NCBI GenBank assembly: GCA_030704615.1
Contig: CM060732.1
Span: 16,120,001 to 16,184,000, forward strand
Direction: 5' to 3'
Source: Takakia lepidozioides
Taxonomy: Eukaryota > Plantae > Bryophyta
Length of the DNA stretch: 64,000 nt
This document shows, one piece after another, positions 1 to 13,019 of this stretch. The first letter of the stretch is position 1, and each line of letters starts with the position of its first letter. Under the pieces are notes generated by a model. That model made no database searches and had not been told where the DNA came from. It saw nothing but the letters and a program-made list of their open reading frames with translations. The translations under genes and the position numbers were made by a program.

Positions 1-524
1 AAAAAACATGGAAAGGATAAGGTGATTTCACTATGGGATCAGGATCTGAACAAGCGTTCCACAGTTGAAGGGAAAAGAGGGATGTTGGGGTATTTGGGTT
101 GAAGTCTGACAAAAGAGATTGAGAGCTGTTTGAGCGATGGGTCATTGGAAAAAGGGACAAGAGAGAGAGAAAGAGAGAGAGACTGATGGATGGGATGGTT
201 GTGTCTTGAGAGACCGAGGATGACTTCAAGGCTGGCCGCACTGGATGCCTAGCAGCGTGTGCATTCACATTACATGACAGATCTGCTGTTGTGAAATAGT
301 GGGGAACCTGGGGACATAGACAGAGATAGTGAAACAGACAAAAAGGGAAAAGAAAGAGAGAGAGTGAAAAATGGGATTTGGGTAAGGAGAGAGCTGCAAT
401 TCAAAAGGGCTGTTGGGGGGGGGGTTTGGCCAATTTGGGGAGATGAGATGAAGAAAACCTGAAAGAAACCAGTGCCCCTGCAGACCATGAAGATCTGAGC
501 TGCCTCCTCCTAAATCTGTGTCAC

Positions 525-545
525 CACTACAAAAAAGGGATTTCC
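525..545 (+). mobile_element. Possible CACTA (En/Spm) terminal sequence
   Basis: CACTACAAAAAAGGG at 525; no matching partner or TSD established. Confidence 0.35.
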
Positions 546-1159
546 GACCTGTCACTGCTCAAGTGGGCTTCACATAAAGGATCGTGTTTACCGCTGCCAT
601 TGGGCTGATTTGCATCACTGAATACATCGCACCAGCATAGCTGGTGCTGTACCTGCTGATAGGGGATGTTGTGTAAAAGGTAGAACCAAGAGTGAACAAC
701 AAATTGACTCCCCATCCATGTCTTCCCTTCCGCTGCGGCGTGGATGAGGATTGCTTGAACTCTGATCACGGAGGAGCTGAGGGAAACCCACAGCCAAGTA
801 ACGACAGTTGGACAGATTAGAAAGAACGCTTCTTTCCTCTTGCTCCGCAATCAATGGAGGGGAGCACAATTAGAATTATACAGAAGGGGATTCACGCCCC
901 TTCTTTTCACACTACATATCCACTTAGGTCACCTACAAACCATTTTCTGCTACCCCACAACCGCCTGCCAAAATAATTGCCCCATAAACTGTGCGACTTC
1001 GCCCCATCATCCATGAGAGCTTCTACCTCAATACCGCTCCCAACCTACACGCCCCCCACTCGCTAGACTGTTTGTCACCCCCATATCTCATCCAAGCGCC
1101 GCTCAACCTATAACTGCCCAAACAACGGATCCACAACAACCTGACACAACCCAGTTAGT

Positions 1160-2565
1160 ACAAACCCTACTGGAACCCCACTATGAGCTTCAAGAAATAC
1201 AAGGTATCGTTAAGAAAATGCGAGTGGACCAATATGGAGCCTCGTGCGCTGATACTATGTACCTGTGTAAATGGAAATGTGACCCCGACAAGAAAGCCAC
1301 TTGGGGACATAATGACACCCTCTTTAATCGTCTATCAATACAACAATTGCAACACAATATCCAAATGATAGCTGATTATTACCGCAAAACCAACATTAAC
1401 TATTTGGCGCATATTCATAATCAGCATATTACGGAACTGCAAACTTATGACAAACGTTTCATTAGCCCACCACGAAATGTGTCCAACCTACATATTTCTC
1501 AAGACGAGTGCAACCCAGACATCGATATTCTCTGCACCCACCCAAAGATCCAGACCCACGCTGGTCTTGCCTACATATATAGACCACTAGGCTGCTACAT
1601 TGGAAGCATATCGCTTGCTAGATTGAACTGGCTATGGAATATGTCCAATTTAAACCCCTACCTAGCTTGCAACCCCAGATCCCGACAACATTTGAGACAA
1701 ACATTTCCACACTCCTCCAACGCTATGCTCAAGATTTGCCCCCCAAGTGTCCAACCACAACCAACAAGCTCTCTCTCGCACGTTCTCACTCAACCTTACC
1801 CATGGCCCTTCTAGACTTTCTTACAACATAACTTAAACTCACTCACTCATACTACTCTAACCCTCTCACATGCCCCATGGGGATGAAGAGTTACTCCAGC
1901 TTGTATAACGCAGACCAGTGTTTCGGCCCTCTAGGCTTGGCCAGATCTCATCACTAGCAAGGTAGAGGATTTGCGCACCCCCCGGACTCTAGTACAGCTA
2001 CCGAAGCAATCCATTGGGCAAGAATAGATGCCCATATATCCACATAAGCTTTTACCGTATTGTACATCCCGCACAATAATCACAATAACACTGATCACCC
2101 TATATTGGCTAGCCCCCCCGGAATGTTCACATTTGCTATATTTGACCCACATACGATCATCTATGAATCAACCCACCATTACCAAAGTATATGAAATATC
2201 CAGAGCCATCCCTAACTAAACTAGTTTACGTACACCATTCAGGCAGCCCACAAATACCATGTATTTTTTTTCATAATTAAAATAAATATTAAACCAGTTG
2301 TTTGGCACTACTGCCATAGTCTATGAACCGCAACAAGTGCCCCACATCTACCCTCGCATCAACCAAGACAAACCATGGAATATGGCCACCCCACGACCAC
2401 GTTGGTCAGCAGAACAACAACACCCATTTAGACAAATGCCGGACTTTACAAACTTCGCCCCTTTAAAATTCCCTCCCCACCAATGTGTATATACAGATGG
2501 CTCCCTAAAAGATGCACATGCAAGGTATGGTATATACTCTCCCAATAACAACTCAAGAACATACA
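1160..2565 (+). pseudogene. Non-LTR retrotransposon (LINE) ORF remnant: chromo-like, PCIF1-like MTase and RNase H N-half
   Basis: YELQEI...YLCKWK...ATW (chromo-like); YYSNPLTCP...DQCFG..G...*QGRGFAHPP (PCIF1-like, read from 1832); CVYTDGS (RNase H); stops and frameshifts. Confidence 0.6.
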
Positions 2566-2870
2566 TGCTGTCTCATTACCCGTGATACCTATATGGGATT
2601 TGACTTTGTGGAGATGAATTTGTATTGGGGATGAGTGTACAATATCTATGATGGCCTTAATGAGGTGAAGGTCAGGGTGATGAATTTGGGAGGAGGGATT
2701 AAGGTTTTGGTTAGAGAGGAGATACAAAGAGACTAAGCTATCCGTAAAGAGGTAGTAGCTGGTCGAACCAAGATGACATGGTAGTGCTTTCAAGGCATCA
2801 TGTATAGCCATGAGTTCTGCACGTAAAATATTTTGACGACTGTCAACCAGAATGGATACGTGTGTGCCAG
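2566..2870 (-). pseudogene. RNase H C-half of a non-LTR retrotransposon, inverted
   Basis: QNILRAELMAIHDAL...LFTDSLVSL...HKVKSHIGITGNETA: RNase H E, D and H..GNE motifs. Confidence 0.8.
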
Positions 2871-4480
2871 GTGAATAGGGTCAGTCGTGGGGTAAGTAGT
2901 AGGTTGGATGGTTCCAAATTGGGCAAGTTCATTTCTATCTTGAGGTTACAAGGCTACAAAGATTTCAAACCTTAGATATGATAGAATTGAACCATGACAA
3001 ATAGTTGTTGTTGAATAGATGTCTTCTATCTCTCTCTTTCTCTCATCGTTCTAATCAAATCTGCCATTCGAAAACTGCAATGGACTTACATCCACAGTGC
3101 TCTTGCTGCAATGAGTATTACAGAAAAGATTCCAACTTACACACTATCTGCTACTCTTTGTAGCCACGGTGATGAAATTGTAATTCAAGAATGTTGTCAA
3201 AAGTGTCCAATCTACTATTTGGAAAGAGGAGGGATGAGCAAACATCACAAAACTCTATGTTCCAGCATATATCAGTGTTTTGGTGAGGCTGTAGTTAAGC
3301 AACTGCATACCTGAAGATTATGGATCCTATAAAAGCTGAGAGACGCAAAAGATGGACATATTGTTTAACTTATTTAATCCAACCCTCTAGGATGAAAGAA
3401 AGCCCATGCAATGTGTGGACATGATCCATTAAAGGGGAAAACAACCTGAGTCTGTAAAATGTTTAGCCTTTTATAGGTCGGCCCTTTGTGAATAGGTAAG
3501 GCATTACTCTCATACATGGGAGATCTCTCCTAGTCCTCATGAATAGTGTCTTTACTGGTAGGACGCTCTTTCTAAGAGCCAGACCAGAAATGACAGGAAA
3601 CTATATACTAATACCTAGTTAGCAGGACTGCCTGCCACCTTCTGTCCACATACATGAATAACCTGCTTTTCCTTTTATGTTATTGCAGCCTACGACAAGC
3701 TTTGCATGTTTGGAATATGAGTGCATGCAGGGATTGATGGGGCTTCACACTTTGTGGTGTATGCCAAAGTGGCCCGCGACAAAACTGCAGGGACAATTTT
3801 CTCAGGTACATAGTTAAGACTCTATGTACTTTTGCACATCTTTTTTGCCCAAGTGAACTAGCTGTAGTTTCCAAATGACAGTGTACCACTAACGAGCATA
3901 TTTGTGGACAACTTACAGGGAGGCAGTCTCCAAGTACAATGTACCTTTGAGGATTCGATCAGATTTCGCATCAGAACACAACTTGATCAAAGAGCATATT
4001 GAGGGAGCTCGAGCCAATATTAGAAGTCCATTTTTAGCAGGAGCATCCACGCATAATCAGGTGCTATGATGATGAAGTCCCTAATGAGGAGAAATGTGCA
4101 CATTGAATGACGAGAGCAAGTGAAGGGTTGTAAGGTTATCTAGGTTTGAGATGTGAGAAAAAATGGGTGTGCATTCCACTGGTAGTCCATCAAATTGACT
4201 GTAGTTGGTATACTTCAAGAGGGCCTTGATGTTTGGAGGGCTCTTGTGGGGCATAAAGAAGATGAAAGCACTGCAGCTTGACAACCTGAGATATTCGCAG
4301 CTTTGTAGAGTGACATATATGTCCCGCATTGCATAAGAATAATGTCTGCCGAGGGTGAGGTGAGTACCCCAGAAGTCAACAAGGTCAGCACCGTGGGGGT
4401 TAGCACCATGGTAAGGTTGTCCGTGGAAGTTAGTTTGATAGTTAAAAATTGACAAGGCTTTCCATGACTGTTTTGACATG

Positions 4481-4760
4481 TAGCGAATAGAGCACTGGTG
4501 GAGGCACTTATGGGAACGAGTGGTTTTCTTCTACAAGAACTGTTTCCAACAAATGGAGGTTGATGGCATTCTGAACATGGATGACCCATGGCAGCGGGAA
4601 TCATTTCTGTTTGTGTACATCCCGATTGTTCAGGCACCCGTTGATGAATACGTTGAGACATGGAGCCATCACCGAGTGCGACGAATCAATGAGAACAATC
4701 GTTATCGAGATTCTCATGTCCCTGCGCGTTACTTCCGGGAGTACGAACGCCTGCACGGGT
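4481..4760 (+). pseudogene. DDE integrase-core transposase fragment (NQRIERLW-type, IS3EU-like)
   Basis: *RIEHWWRHLWERVVFFYKNCFQQMEVDGILNMDD...FVYIPIVQAPVDEYVETWSHHRVR resembles RIERLW...LD.F...WN.H.IR. Confidence 0.55.
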
Positions 4761-7245
4761 GTAATACCTTACCCTCCAAAGAAGCATGTGTTCATTTGCT
4801 ATTATTGTTATGAACAAGCCCATCCCTAGATCAAATTTTCACATTAGAACATTAGACAAAGTGTAGGGTGAATTCTTGTCCATTATTTTGGGCTGGGAAG
4901 CCACTGGATATGGCAGAGTGAGGTGGGCAGTCTTCCAGGCTGCGATAAAGGGGAAAGATGGCGATTGACTGCTGGATTGTTGGTGATTAGTGGAAGGTGG
5001 AGCAATGATATTGGGGGATCTGAAACTATGAGAGATGACTCATCGGAAAGGTGTAGAGATGTTCCCTAAGTGGCCGAGACATGAGGTAAATTAGTTAATC
5101 TTTGTCCAGGGGCCTCTCTTGGTATAGTGCCACCGAAGTTTTGTAATTTCTCTGTGATCACGTGAGTGTTGGTGCCTGCCACGGTACGCCCGACTACTGG
5201 GTTTTTTTATCCTCTTTCATAGTAGAGAGGGACACCAACATGCGGGATTAGCAGCATGGTAAATGCAATATATTGTAGAATCAGAGCCAATCATTAGTTC
5301 AAGCTAGTGTCACTGATTTATACTCAATTCTTTCTACATTTTTCTCCGATTCTCGGAAGAGAGGGAGAGAGAGAGACCTTGGGTGTGATATTATGGTATA
5401 TCCTCTCTTGTTGTAGAGGGCTGCTACTGAGTACATGTTAGCTGGAAATAAAATTTATAATTTGGCTTCTACATTTTGTCTTTACCTTTGCTCTCCTTCA
5501 ACCAGCCCTTTGTTATGTCTGTAGTGTGTACACATGGGCTGTCCCGGTTTGTTCTTTTCTGTCTATTACTGCAAACGTCAAGTTTTGAAGTTGTACAAGG
5601 ACGTCACTCCATTTCGGATGCAGCCCGTAGCACACCTGCCTCCTGTCTGAATTTCAAGTAAACGATGTTCTGGGTTCATGGCTGGCAGACAATGGTAGTG
5701 CGCCAATAAACACCTGCCCACTTGCGTGCTCTTTCTAGAAGTGAACCTCATTGTCTGCCCCAAACCCAAAAAGATGGATTCCCTCTGCAGGCCAATGGAG
5801 TCCACCACTTGCCAGGGTTGATGGCAGGTGGACTATTGTGATTCCATTGTTTACCTGTCACTTGTGTGTGCTCTTCAAGGAGTGGACCTGTCTGTGAATG
5901 TGATGTAGGGGGTCTCTCAATCTTCATGAGCAATGAAGTCCACTGCAGTGAGTGTAGTGCAGCGAAGACAACATCTTGTGTCTCTCGACCATGTTTTACT
6001 CCTAAGCCATAGTCCTGCGGTTTTTGTTGTCTATAAATGGATACTTGCCCTTTGTATCCTAACGACGGAACACAGTGATGAGAGTATTTTGAGGCTGATG
6101 CTTTGTAGACACCTGATTTCGATGACGTGTATGGGAAAGTTTGATTAAGGGTTGTGATGAAGACAAGGGCTGCATCACCAGTTCAGTTTTGAACCCCGGT
6201 ACCAGTAAGTGATACAGCTCATGGGCTGGCAAGATATCCTGTGATTGTTTGGAATGCTGGGTAGATACATCGCAACGATGTGCGATCACATGTGAAGGCC
6301 GGCCAAGGACATGTAAACAGAAACCCTATCTGCGTCTTCCCTTCCGCTGCGGCGTGGGTAGAGTTAGTGTGTATCTCTGATCAAGTAACTAATTAGTGGG
6401 AATGATATGCAGAGCCCCTTGTTTTCACTCTACAAAAGCTGAAGATGAAGCATGTGTGGTAGAACACATGATGGATGTTGATGGTGTTTTTTGGTTGTGT
6501 AGGTGGACAGACCATCTCCTCGAGGATCCTGATGCAGGCCTTGAGCACCCTGATGCCATTGGCACGCAGGACCCAGGTCCACGAGGTGGTGATCAACAAT
6601 GGCGAAGCACGCCTGTGTTGGATGATTTGCCAACTACTGGGGCAAAATTAACTCGTGATCTCACCCTCTTGAGAGATCGGGCCTATGCAACCCAGGTAGG
6701 AAGGTTGCCGCATTCGGTGGCCTGCTTCTCATTCCATTTGTATTGTTACGAGGCGATGACACGACATGTGTACATCGATGAACTTGAGTTGATAGATGAC
6801 TTTGATTTTAGTAGAGAGGCTTTGCAAGTTTTGGTCGATGTAGCACATGTATGAGAGCATCTATGGAAATATATGGCCTCACATGAGAACTTTCTTCATG
6901 TTTCTTTATGTTTGAGATCCAACACTTGTGACTCATATCCCTGTCTATTCTATGTAGTTTTGGTGCATCCAATTAATCACTCGGGATTCTCCACAAACAA
7001 ACCCTTCGCACAATAAAGAGAGATATTTTAGTGTAAATATTATTTATTAGGCAACCAACAAAATTTAATTTTAGCTCACCAATTTTAATGTTTATTTTTT
7101 GTGAATATTTGTATTTATATATATTTAAGTTTAAAAGATAGAAATATTTATTTACTTATTTTTTATTAATCCCAATTAATTTAGGTGAGTTTATATTCAA
7201 CCAAGTAACATTCTTAGAAAAGCAAAACTAACTACAAAAAGAACT

Positions 7246-7475
7246 GCAGGAAGAGGATTTGAACCCCCAACCAAGGGGCTGAAATCTATGTTTGTAACCA
7301 ATAAGTCCACAACAATCTCTTGAAAAATTTGGACAATTGAATTATTTATAGAGCTGCCACAAGGATCTGAAAATTAAAAAGAACACAATCAAAACGAATT
7401 ACAGGGTTGCGGCCAGCGGGGGTTGAACCTCCGACCATAAAAGTACAAGCTAAGTTACTAACCAGTATGTCCACA
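7246..7475 (-). repeat. Two tandem degenerate tRNA-like (Pol III A/B box) units
   Basis: Minus strand GTGGACTTATTGGTTA...GGTTCAAATCC and GTGGACATACTGGTTA...GGTTCAACCCC, about 160 bp apart, each with a TATAAA-like motif upstream; no full cloverleaf. Confidence 0.45.
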
Positions 7476-8098
7476 ATGATTCATAACAAAAGCTTGGCTA
7501 TCTATTTATTTATAGAGATACAAAAGGGATCTAACTAGTCCAGAGGCAGGACATTTTCTCTTATTCTTGGCTTCCTTCCACTAACAGTCTGTCTCTGGCA
7601 GTGTCCAGCAGCTTTTCTGTAACTTCGTCTGAGTAGCAAGTCTTTCGTAGAGAAACTCCAGACTTTCCGGGTTTTAATTCACTCACTCGATCTCACATGC
7701 CAACATTGATCTTATGGTCAGATTAGAACATTCTACCCGGGATTCTTTCTCCATCTTTTAACTTGAACATTATGCTGCAGTTTGAAATTAATTAACGACT
7801 TGTAGGCTCAGTCATGATTACTGCACCGATTGGAACTTATACTTATTGCCTGAGGACCACCCAACGTTAATCAGAGATTCTGGAATAGAGTTTAAGATCC
7901 CAATTTACTTCATCAATTGGTCGACACTTCTCTCCATGAAAGACTATCTGCATATAGAGAAAAGGGACAGAGAGAAAAGGGCATTATATATAGAGATGGG
8001 TACGTACAACATACAACTTGTTAGCACCTTGTCTTCAAGTAATCACTATGCTGTGCTCTCTATATAGACCTATCAGTTGTTATGCATTCAGCTCCTTT

Positions 8099-8166
8099 GA
8101 AAAGAAAGAGTAAGAGAAAAGAGAAGTTGAAGAGGGATAACTATGAGAAAAGATTGGAAGAAATCT
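8099..8166 (+). mobile_element. About 70-bp Gypsy gag fragment
   Basis: KRKSKRKEKLKRDNYEKRLEEI, near-identical to 25157-25223. Confidence 0.8.
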
Positions 8167-9435
8167 GGGTTTTAGGGCCACCACTTTCTGCAACTATTCC
8201 ATCAGCACAACATCGAATAGCTAACACCTTTGCCATGCAAATACTCTCTATAGCACATCCAAAATGTGATTATGAGGAGAAAACATTTTCCCTTTGTTCA
8301 GCTTGTCCGATTTTGGCAAGACATCCCCCATCTAGCCACAGTCTCTGAAGTTTCTGTTCAATCACCACTATACTACACGTCACTGTGCAATATGTACACC
8401 TTCCAAACTCATAGCATCATGAACAGAGGATCTGCAGTGATGGTCAGTAGCCCTTGTTTCCTCGAATTCGCTTCGTCATATCCACCTGTCCCACAATCGC
8501 CTTGAAAATTCTCTGAGAAAGATTCTGCTTATAACACCTTTAGTTGTTGGTCTCTGATGAGAGGTGAAATGAGTTCTCTTTCAGTTTTGTCGAGGAATTC
8601 AATGCAATGCAACTCGTAGTAGCTGTTATGTTAACCAAATACTCCTCGTTTCGTAAGAGACATTTTACGAGATCCAACAAACAGGAAGGAAAACGGATGC
8701 TCAGTAAAAACGACGCCTTTGTTGTTTGGCGAGAGAGGCAGTGCTCTCGTACGTGAGACACCTAGAAAATACGCGATGTAGAATACATGGTCGACGGATG
8801 AAAACTGCCTTATGTAAACCCACGGTTAAAGGGGTCAAGGAATATTCGTCTGGAATATTTCTTGGGTGTCTTCATATCCCAAGGTAAAGAATCTTTCCCT
8901 AGGGCTAGCGAATCTTTCCCGGGGTTTCTAAGCCCGGGCCACTGCAACCCCGGGACAGCAGGAAAGGACGGGCAGCAGCCGAAATTTGTTCCCAATGAGT
9001 TCCCTGTATGGACTGGGGTGCAGGACGTCCAGTCGACCTGGCTTGGTCCATGGTCTAGACCCCGGGCAGCGCCCCAGGCCAGCCCAAAACTCTCATTTTT
9101 ATGGCGTCCCGCAACACGGCCTTTTTGCTATTCCCTACATATCACGGTAGAGCAAAGGCAAGTCCGCCGAGCGCAGCACAGCCGCGCTGCTCGGTCCTTT
9201 CATGCCGCTTTCTCGGATGCGAGAGCCAGGCCCGTTGACTCCGTGGGTCTTGTTTTTCGGCGCTACCCGTTTTTGGAGAGATTGGACCCGGGTTGCGGGG
9301 TGGTCACCCGGCAATATAGAGGGTCGGTCGAGTGCCACAATGCGCCTGCCTATTGGAGTCGTTGTAAGATTTACGGTAAACAGATAAGGAATTGCATAAT
9401 CGCGAAACTGAGTCCTTTCGAGTGGCGAAACTAGG

Positions 9436-9444
9436 TTAGGGTTT
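9436..9444 (-). promoter_or_regulatory. Telo-box (AAACCCTAA) of the RPS25 promoter/5' UTR
   Basis: TTAGGGTTT about 100 bp upstream of the ATG; site II-like AGCCCA at 9081; typical of plant ribosomal protein genes. Confidence 0.7.
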
Positions 9445-9540
9445 GATGCTTGCCTCCTGGCAGCAGGTTCTCTTTTCGTCTCTCCGCGTGTGTCTGGTGG
9501 CGTGAGCGACATTGGTTGCGTCCTAGCGCCGCGGCTCATC

Positions 9541-11148
9541 ATGGTGAGTGTCCTCCCTTACTGGCCTTCCCTGGAGAGCTTGTTTTGTAGGTAGACCTAA
9601 TCAAAAGTGGTGGATTTTTTGGTATGAAGGTGTTTGATGTGTGGCGCGTGAGTTTGTGAGAGACAGGCCCCCAAGAAGGAGAAAGCACCGGCCGCGTCTG
9701 CCAAGCCTGCCAAGAGTGGAGGCGGTGGAAAGCAAAAGAAGAAGGTGCGCATCTAGGGGTCCATTGGAGATTAGGAAAGAGAGAGAAAATGAGTACATGC
9801 CGTTCCCTGCAAACGTTGGCTTGCCAGAGCCTTATGGTCATTGACCCCGAGGGAAACTAACCCTCGCGGAGCCTTTTGTGGGGTTGGCACCCACCAGGGG
9901 TTTAGCTTATCCCCGCACCTCAGCTGAAGGTATAAATTTATTTTCCCACAACTTTTCAGTAAGGCCTTAAACTGTGCTTTCCCATCAGGGACGGGAGCCA
10001 GTGTATTAGTAGTTAGATTTTTAGTTCCAGCTTTCACTGTGCTTCCTGGCCAGCTTAGTGGGCTGATTGGATGAACTCGGTTTGATTTGTGTTTTTCGGG
10101 TAATTGTTTCAGAAGTGGAGCAAGGGAAAGCAGAAGGAGAAGGTAAACAACATGGTGCTGTTCGATCAAGGCACTTATGACAAGCTGCTGAGTGAAGTGC
10201 CCAAATACAAGCTCATTACCCCTTCAGTGTTGTCCGACCGTCTTCGGGTACTAACTCTCTTTCTTTTCCATTCATCTCCTGAATGGGATAGCTAGAGTAA
10301 ATCCGTTCTTGCAGATGGGACCGCTGAGGCTATGTCAGAAAGTATGTTAGTCTTACTTGGGCAGCTGGTGCTCCCCTCCCCTCCTCCTTTAGAAGAACTA
10401 TGATTTCAACAGTCTTTCGAGTCATCCCGGACTTCGTCCCTAAAAATTCTATTTCCTTCTAGGTAGTTCTTTGAGACTTTGCAAAATGCTTGCCGTAGCA
10501 GTGGATTCTCTCTCACCATTTTCGATTTCAAGACTGAAACCTTCAACTCTCAGATACACAATGACAGCCTCAAAGAACTAGGAGAAAATGGAGGGGTTCT
10601 CTTGTAACTGGCAATTATGGAGCCATACGAAATGCCCTGAAATTAATACCGACTGTAGGTAAATATGGCAATTAGCAAGGGTTTTGTAGGTTGTTTGGTG
10701 GCATGGTCTGCGACTCCTGGGGCCAACAGTCTTAGCAACATGAGATCCAGCCTTCACACATAGTGCAGAGAGCAGCAAGTCAGAATTCCAATTTCTACAG
10801 AGTAATTGAGTCTTTTCAGTTTCTGTAGATGCCAGTCATTGTCGTGTTTTTGTTTCGTACTTGTGTGGTTGAATTGTACTCTTGAAATGGTGTTGCTGTT
10901 AGTAGTGAGAACGGTAAGTAGAGCTGTGCCTAGCCCATCTATTGCAGATTGCTGTACATCAAACATTCTTTCCTTCCTTGCATTGTAAAGGGTCTGTTGA
11001 TCTATATTTACGTGGCTCTTTCTGAAATGTGCAGATTACTGGCTCCTTAGCACGGAGAGCAATCAAGGAGATGATGTCACGGGGCACCATCCGATTGGTT
11101 GCGGCCCATGCAAACCAGCAGATCTACACCAGGGCTACAAACACATAG
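9541..11148 (+). CDS. RPS25: 40S ribosomal protein S25 (eS25), 109 aa; exons 9541-9543, 9667-9744, 10113-10247, 11035-11148
   Basis: Spliced product [109 protein letters not shown]; three phase-0 GT-AG introns. Confidence 0.97.
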
Positions 11149-11923
11149 GCATCATGCTCCAGATATTTTTCACTTTTAGGTGGCTGCTTGTATGTGGATC
11201 TAAAGTCTTCATTTGGATGGATGCATGTGGACACTGTCAGAGATTGATGTGGGTTAGCTCTGATGGCATTGGATAAAGGCCGAAGCTTGTGGGGTGGATT
11301 ACTTCTTGTGGCTTTTGCAGATGCTTTTGGGGCTGTCCTCTTTGATCCATTTGTAGTGCACACTGTGTATCATGTCATGTATGATTTTTCTTCAGAATGC
11401 TTTCATTTGTCGGGGGAAGTTCAGGGAAGCTATTGGGAAGGTCCGCAACGAAAGCTGCCAGGCTGTTGAGCTGCTACCAAAGCAGGAATGATTGATGTGA
11501 CAAGTGTCCACAACAAATTTTAAGCTTGAAGGGTGTAAGATGAGAACACATGCAAATCATGAACTTCATTGTATCTAGGGCGAACATCCCTTCTGCCATC
11601 CTACCAGTTTTATGTTTTTTGGTCAAATCATAAACACGGCATTGAAACATGAGCTCTCTGCTGAATGTAGTCATACCAGTGCATTCTGCAGACACCTTGT
11701 AGAGTATTATCACTGACAATCCCCGAAAGGAATCAATTTCATGGGGATCGTCTTGGGTGTGCAGTGAACCCTTGATATCAGGGCCACTTCACCCTACAGC
11801 CCAAAATGGAGAACCCAACAATCCTCTTGGTATTGCAAATTGGGTTGACAATGGTGCCACAGAGGATGAGAATCCAATATGGACAATGTGGGAAGTATCC
11901 AGAATGCAATGCTCTCCTACCCC

Positions 11924-12209
11924 AACCGTGCTGGGTTTTCGACTTATGTAGACGAGTCTGAAAAGTCAGACTGGGGACTCAGGTTATGAACTCTAGTGTA
12001 AATGCTCTTTGGACCAATTTCAAACCTTCAGCAAATGACCATTCACCATTGCAACTTGGGTTGCTACCTTAACCGTGCTGGGTTTTCGACTTATGTAGAC
12101 GAGTCTGAAAAGTCAGACAGGGGACTCAGGTTATGAACTCGGTGTAAATGCTCTCTGGACCAATTTCAAACTTTCAGCAAATGACCATTCACCATTGCAA
12201 CTTGGGTTG
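11924..12209. repeat. About 140-bp near-identical tandem duplication
   Basis: 11924-12063 vs 12071-12209 (AACCGTGCTGGGTTTTCG...GCAACTTGGGTTG). Confidence 0.9.
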
Positions 12210-13019
12210 TCAATTGGGCTGGCCCTTTGCTACCTCCATAAGTGTTAAGTGCCCTGTATTTATAAGTTAGATCACTCCCTGAAATCCTACAAATGCAATG
12301 GGTTCTGTCAAATAATAGAAGACTGCTACATACTCGGGTCTTAAAGACTCTGACTTGAATAAATGTTAATTGTAGTTATAAACTTGCTGGTTGTGCAATT
12401 TAATAAGCCCATGGCCAACCACCACCTACTATTTTCAGATGAATGCCCAAATAGAAACCTTCGTAAGTGTCTCTAAATGTTGTTATCTGTGAATCTTTGA
12501 GGTCTAGAATGTTATCCCTGCATACTAGTTAGAGCGTCCTTCCACGTGGAAGGAGCCCGGCCCACGCAAGGAGGAGTTTGCGGAGCGCTTGGAGAAAATA
12601 GCCCGGTTCTCGAGAGTGTTTCCACAATCATGTGGAGCGGGTGCCAAGTAATAGAAGTGCCCTTCGTCGGTGCCCATCCCACCTCTGCGGTCGCTCGCCC
12701 CACCGCGGTGAACTACATAAGTACATGAACTGCCGCACATGACCGAATGGCCCCCCATACGCACCATACCCACCATGCCCCCCATCCATGCTCATGCCCA
12801 TGCATACTCTGAATCCTACTGAAAGCCATGCATGACATGCCTGCGAAGACATGCTTAGATTTTACAGAAATTTGAATTTCAAATTTCCCAAAAAAAAATG
12901 GCGGATGTTCCCGCCTGCTGTATGTGCATTGATGTCTTGAATTGGAAGCTTCCCTCTTGCTCTTCCAAACAGCATGTACGTTTGTTCTTTCTTCCTTGGT
13001 ATGTCGCTCTCCTCAACCG

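Noticed and set aside
6396-6854. 152-aa ORF as a gene
   Set aside because: No recognisable family; lies in fragmented repeat-like DNA
7246-7475. Functional tRNA genes
   Set aside because: Acceptor and anticodon stems could not be paired convincingly
8862-9542. 190-aa and 135-aa ORFs upstream of RPS25
   Set aside because: They overlie a GC-rich promoter and 5' UTR and show no recognisable motifs
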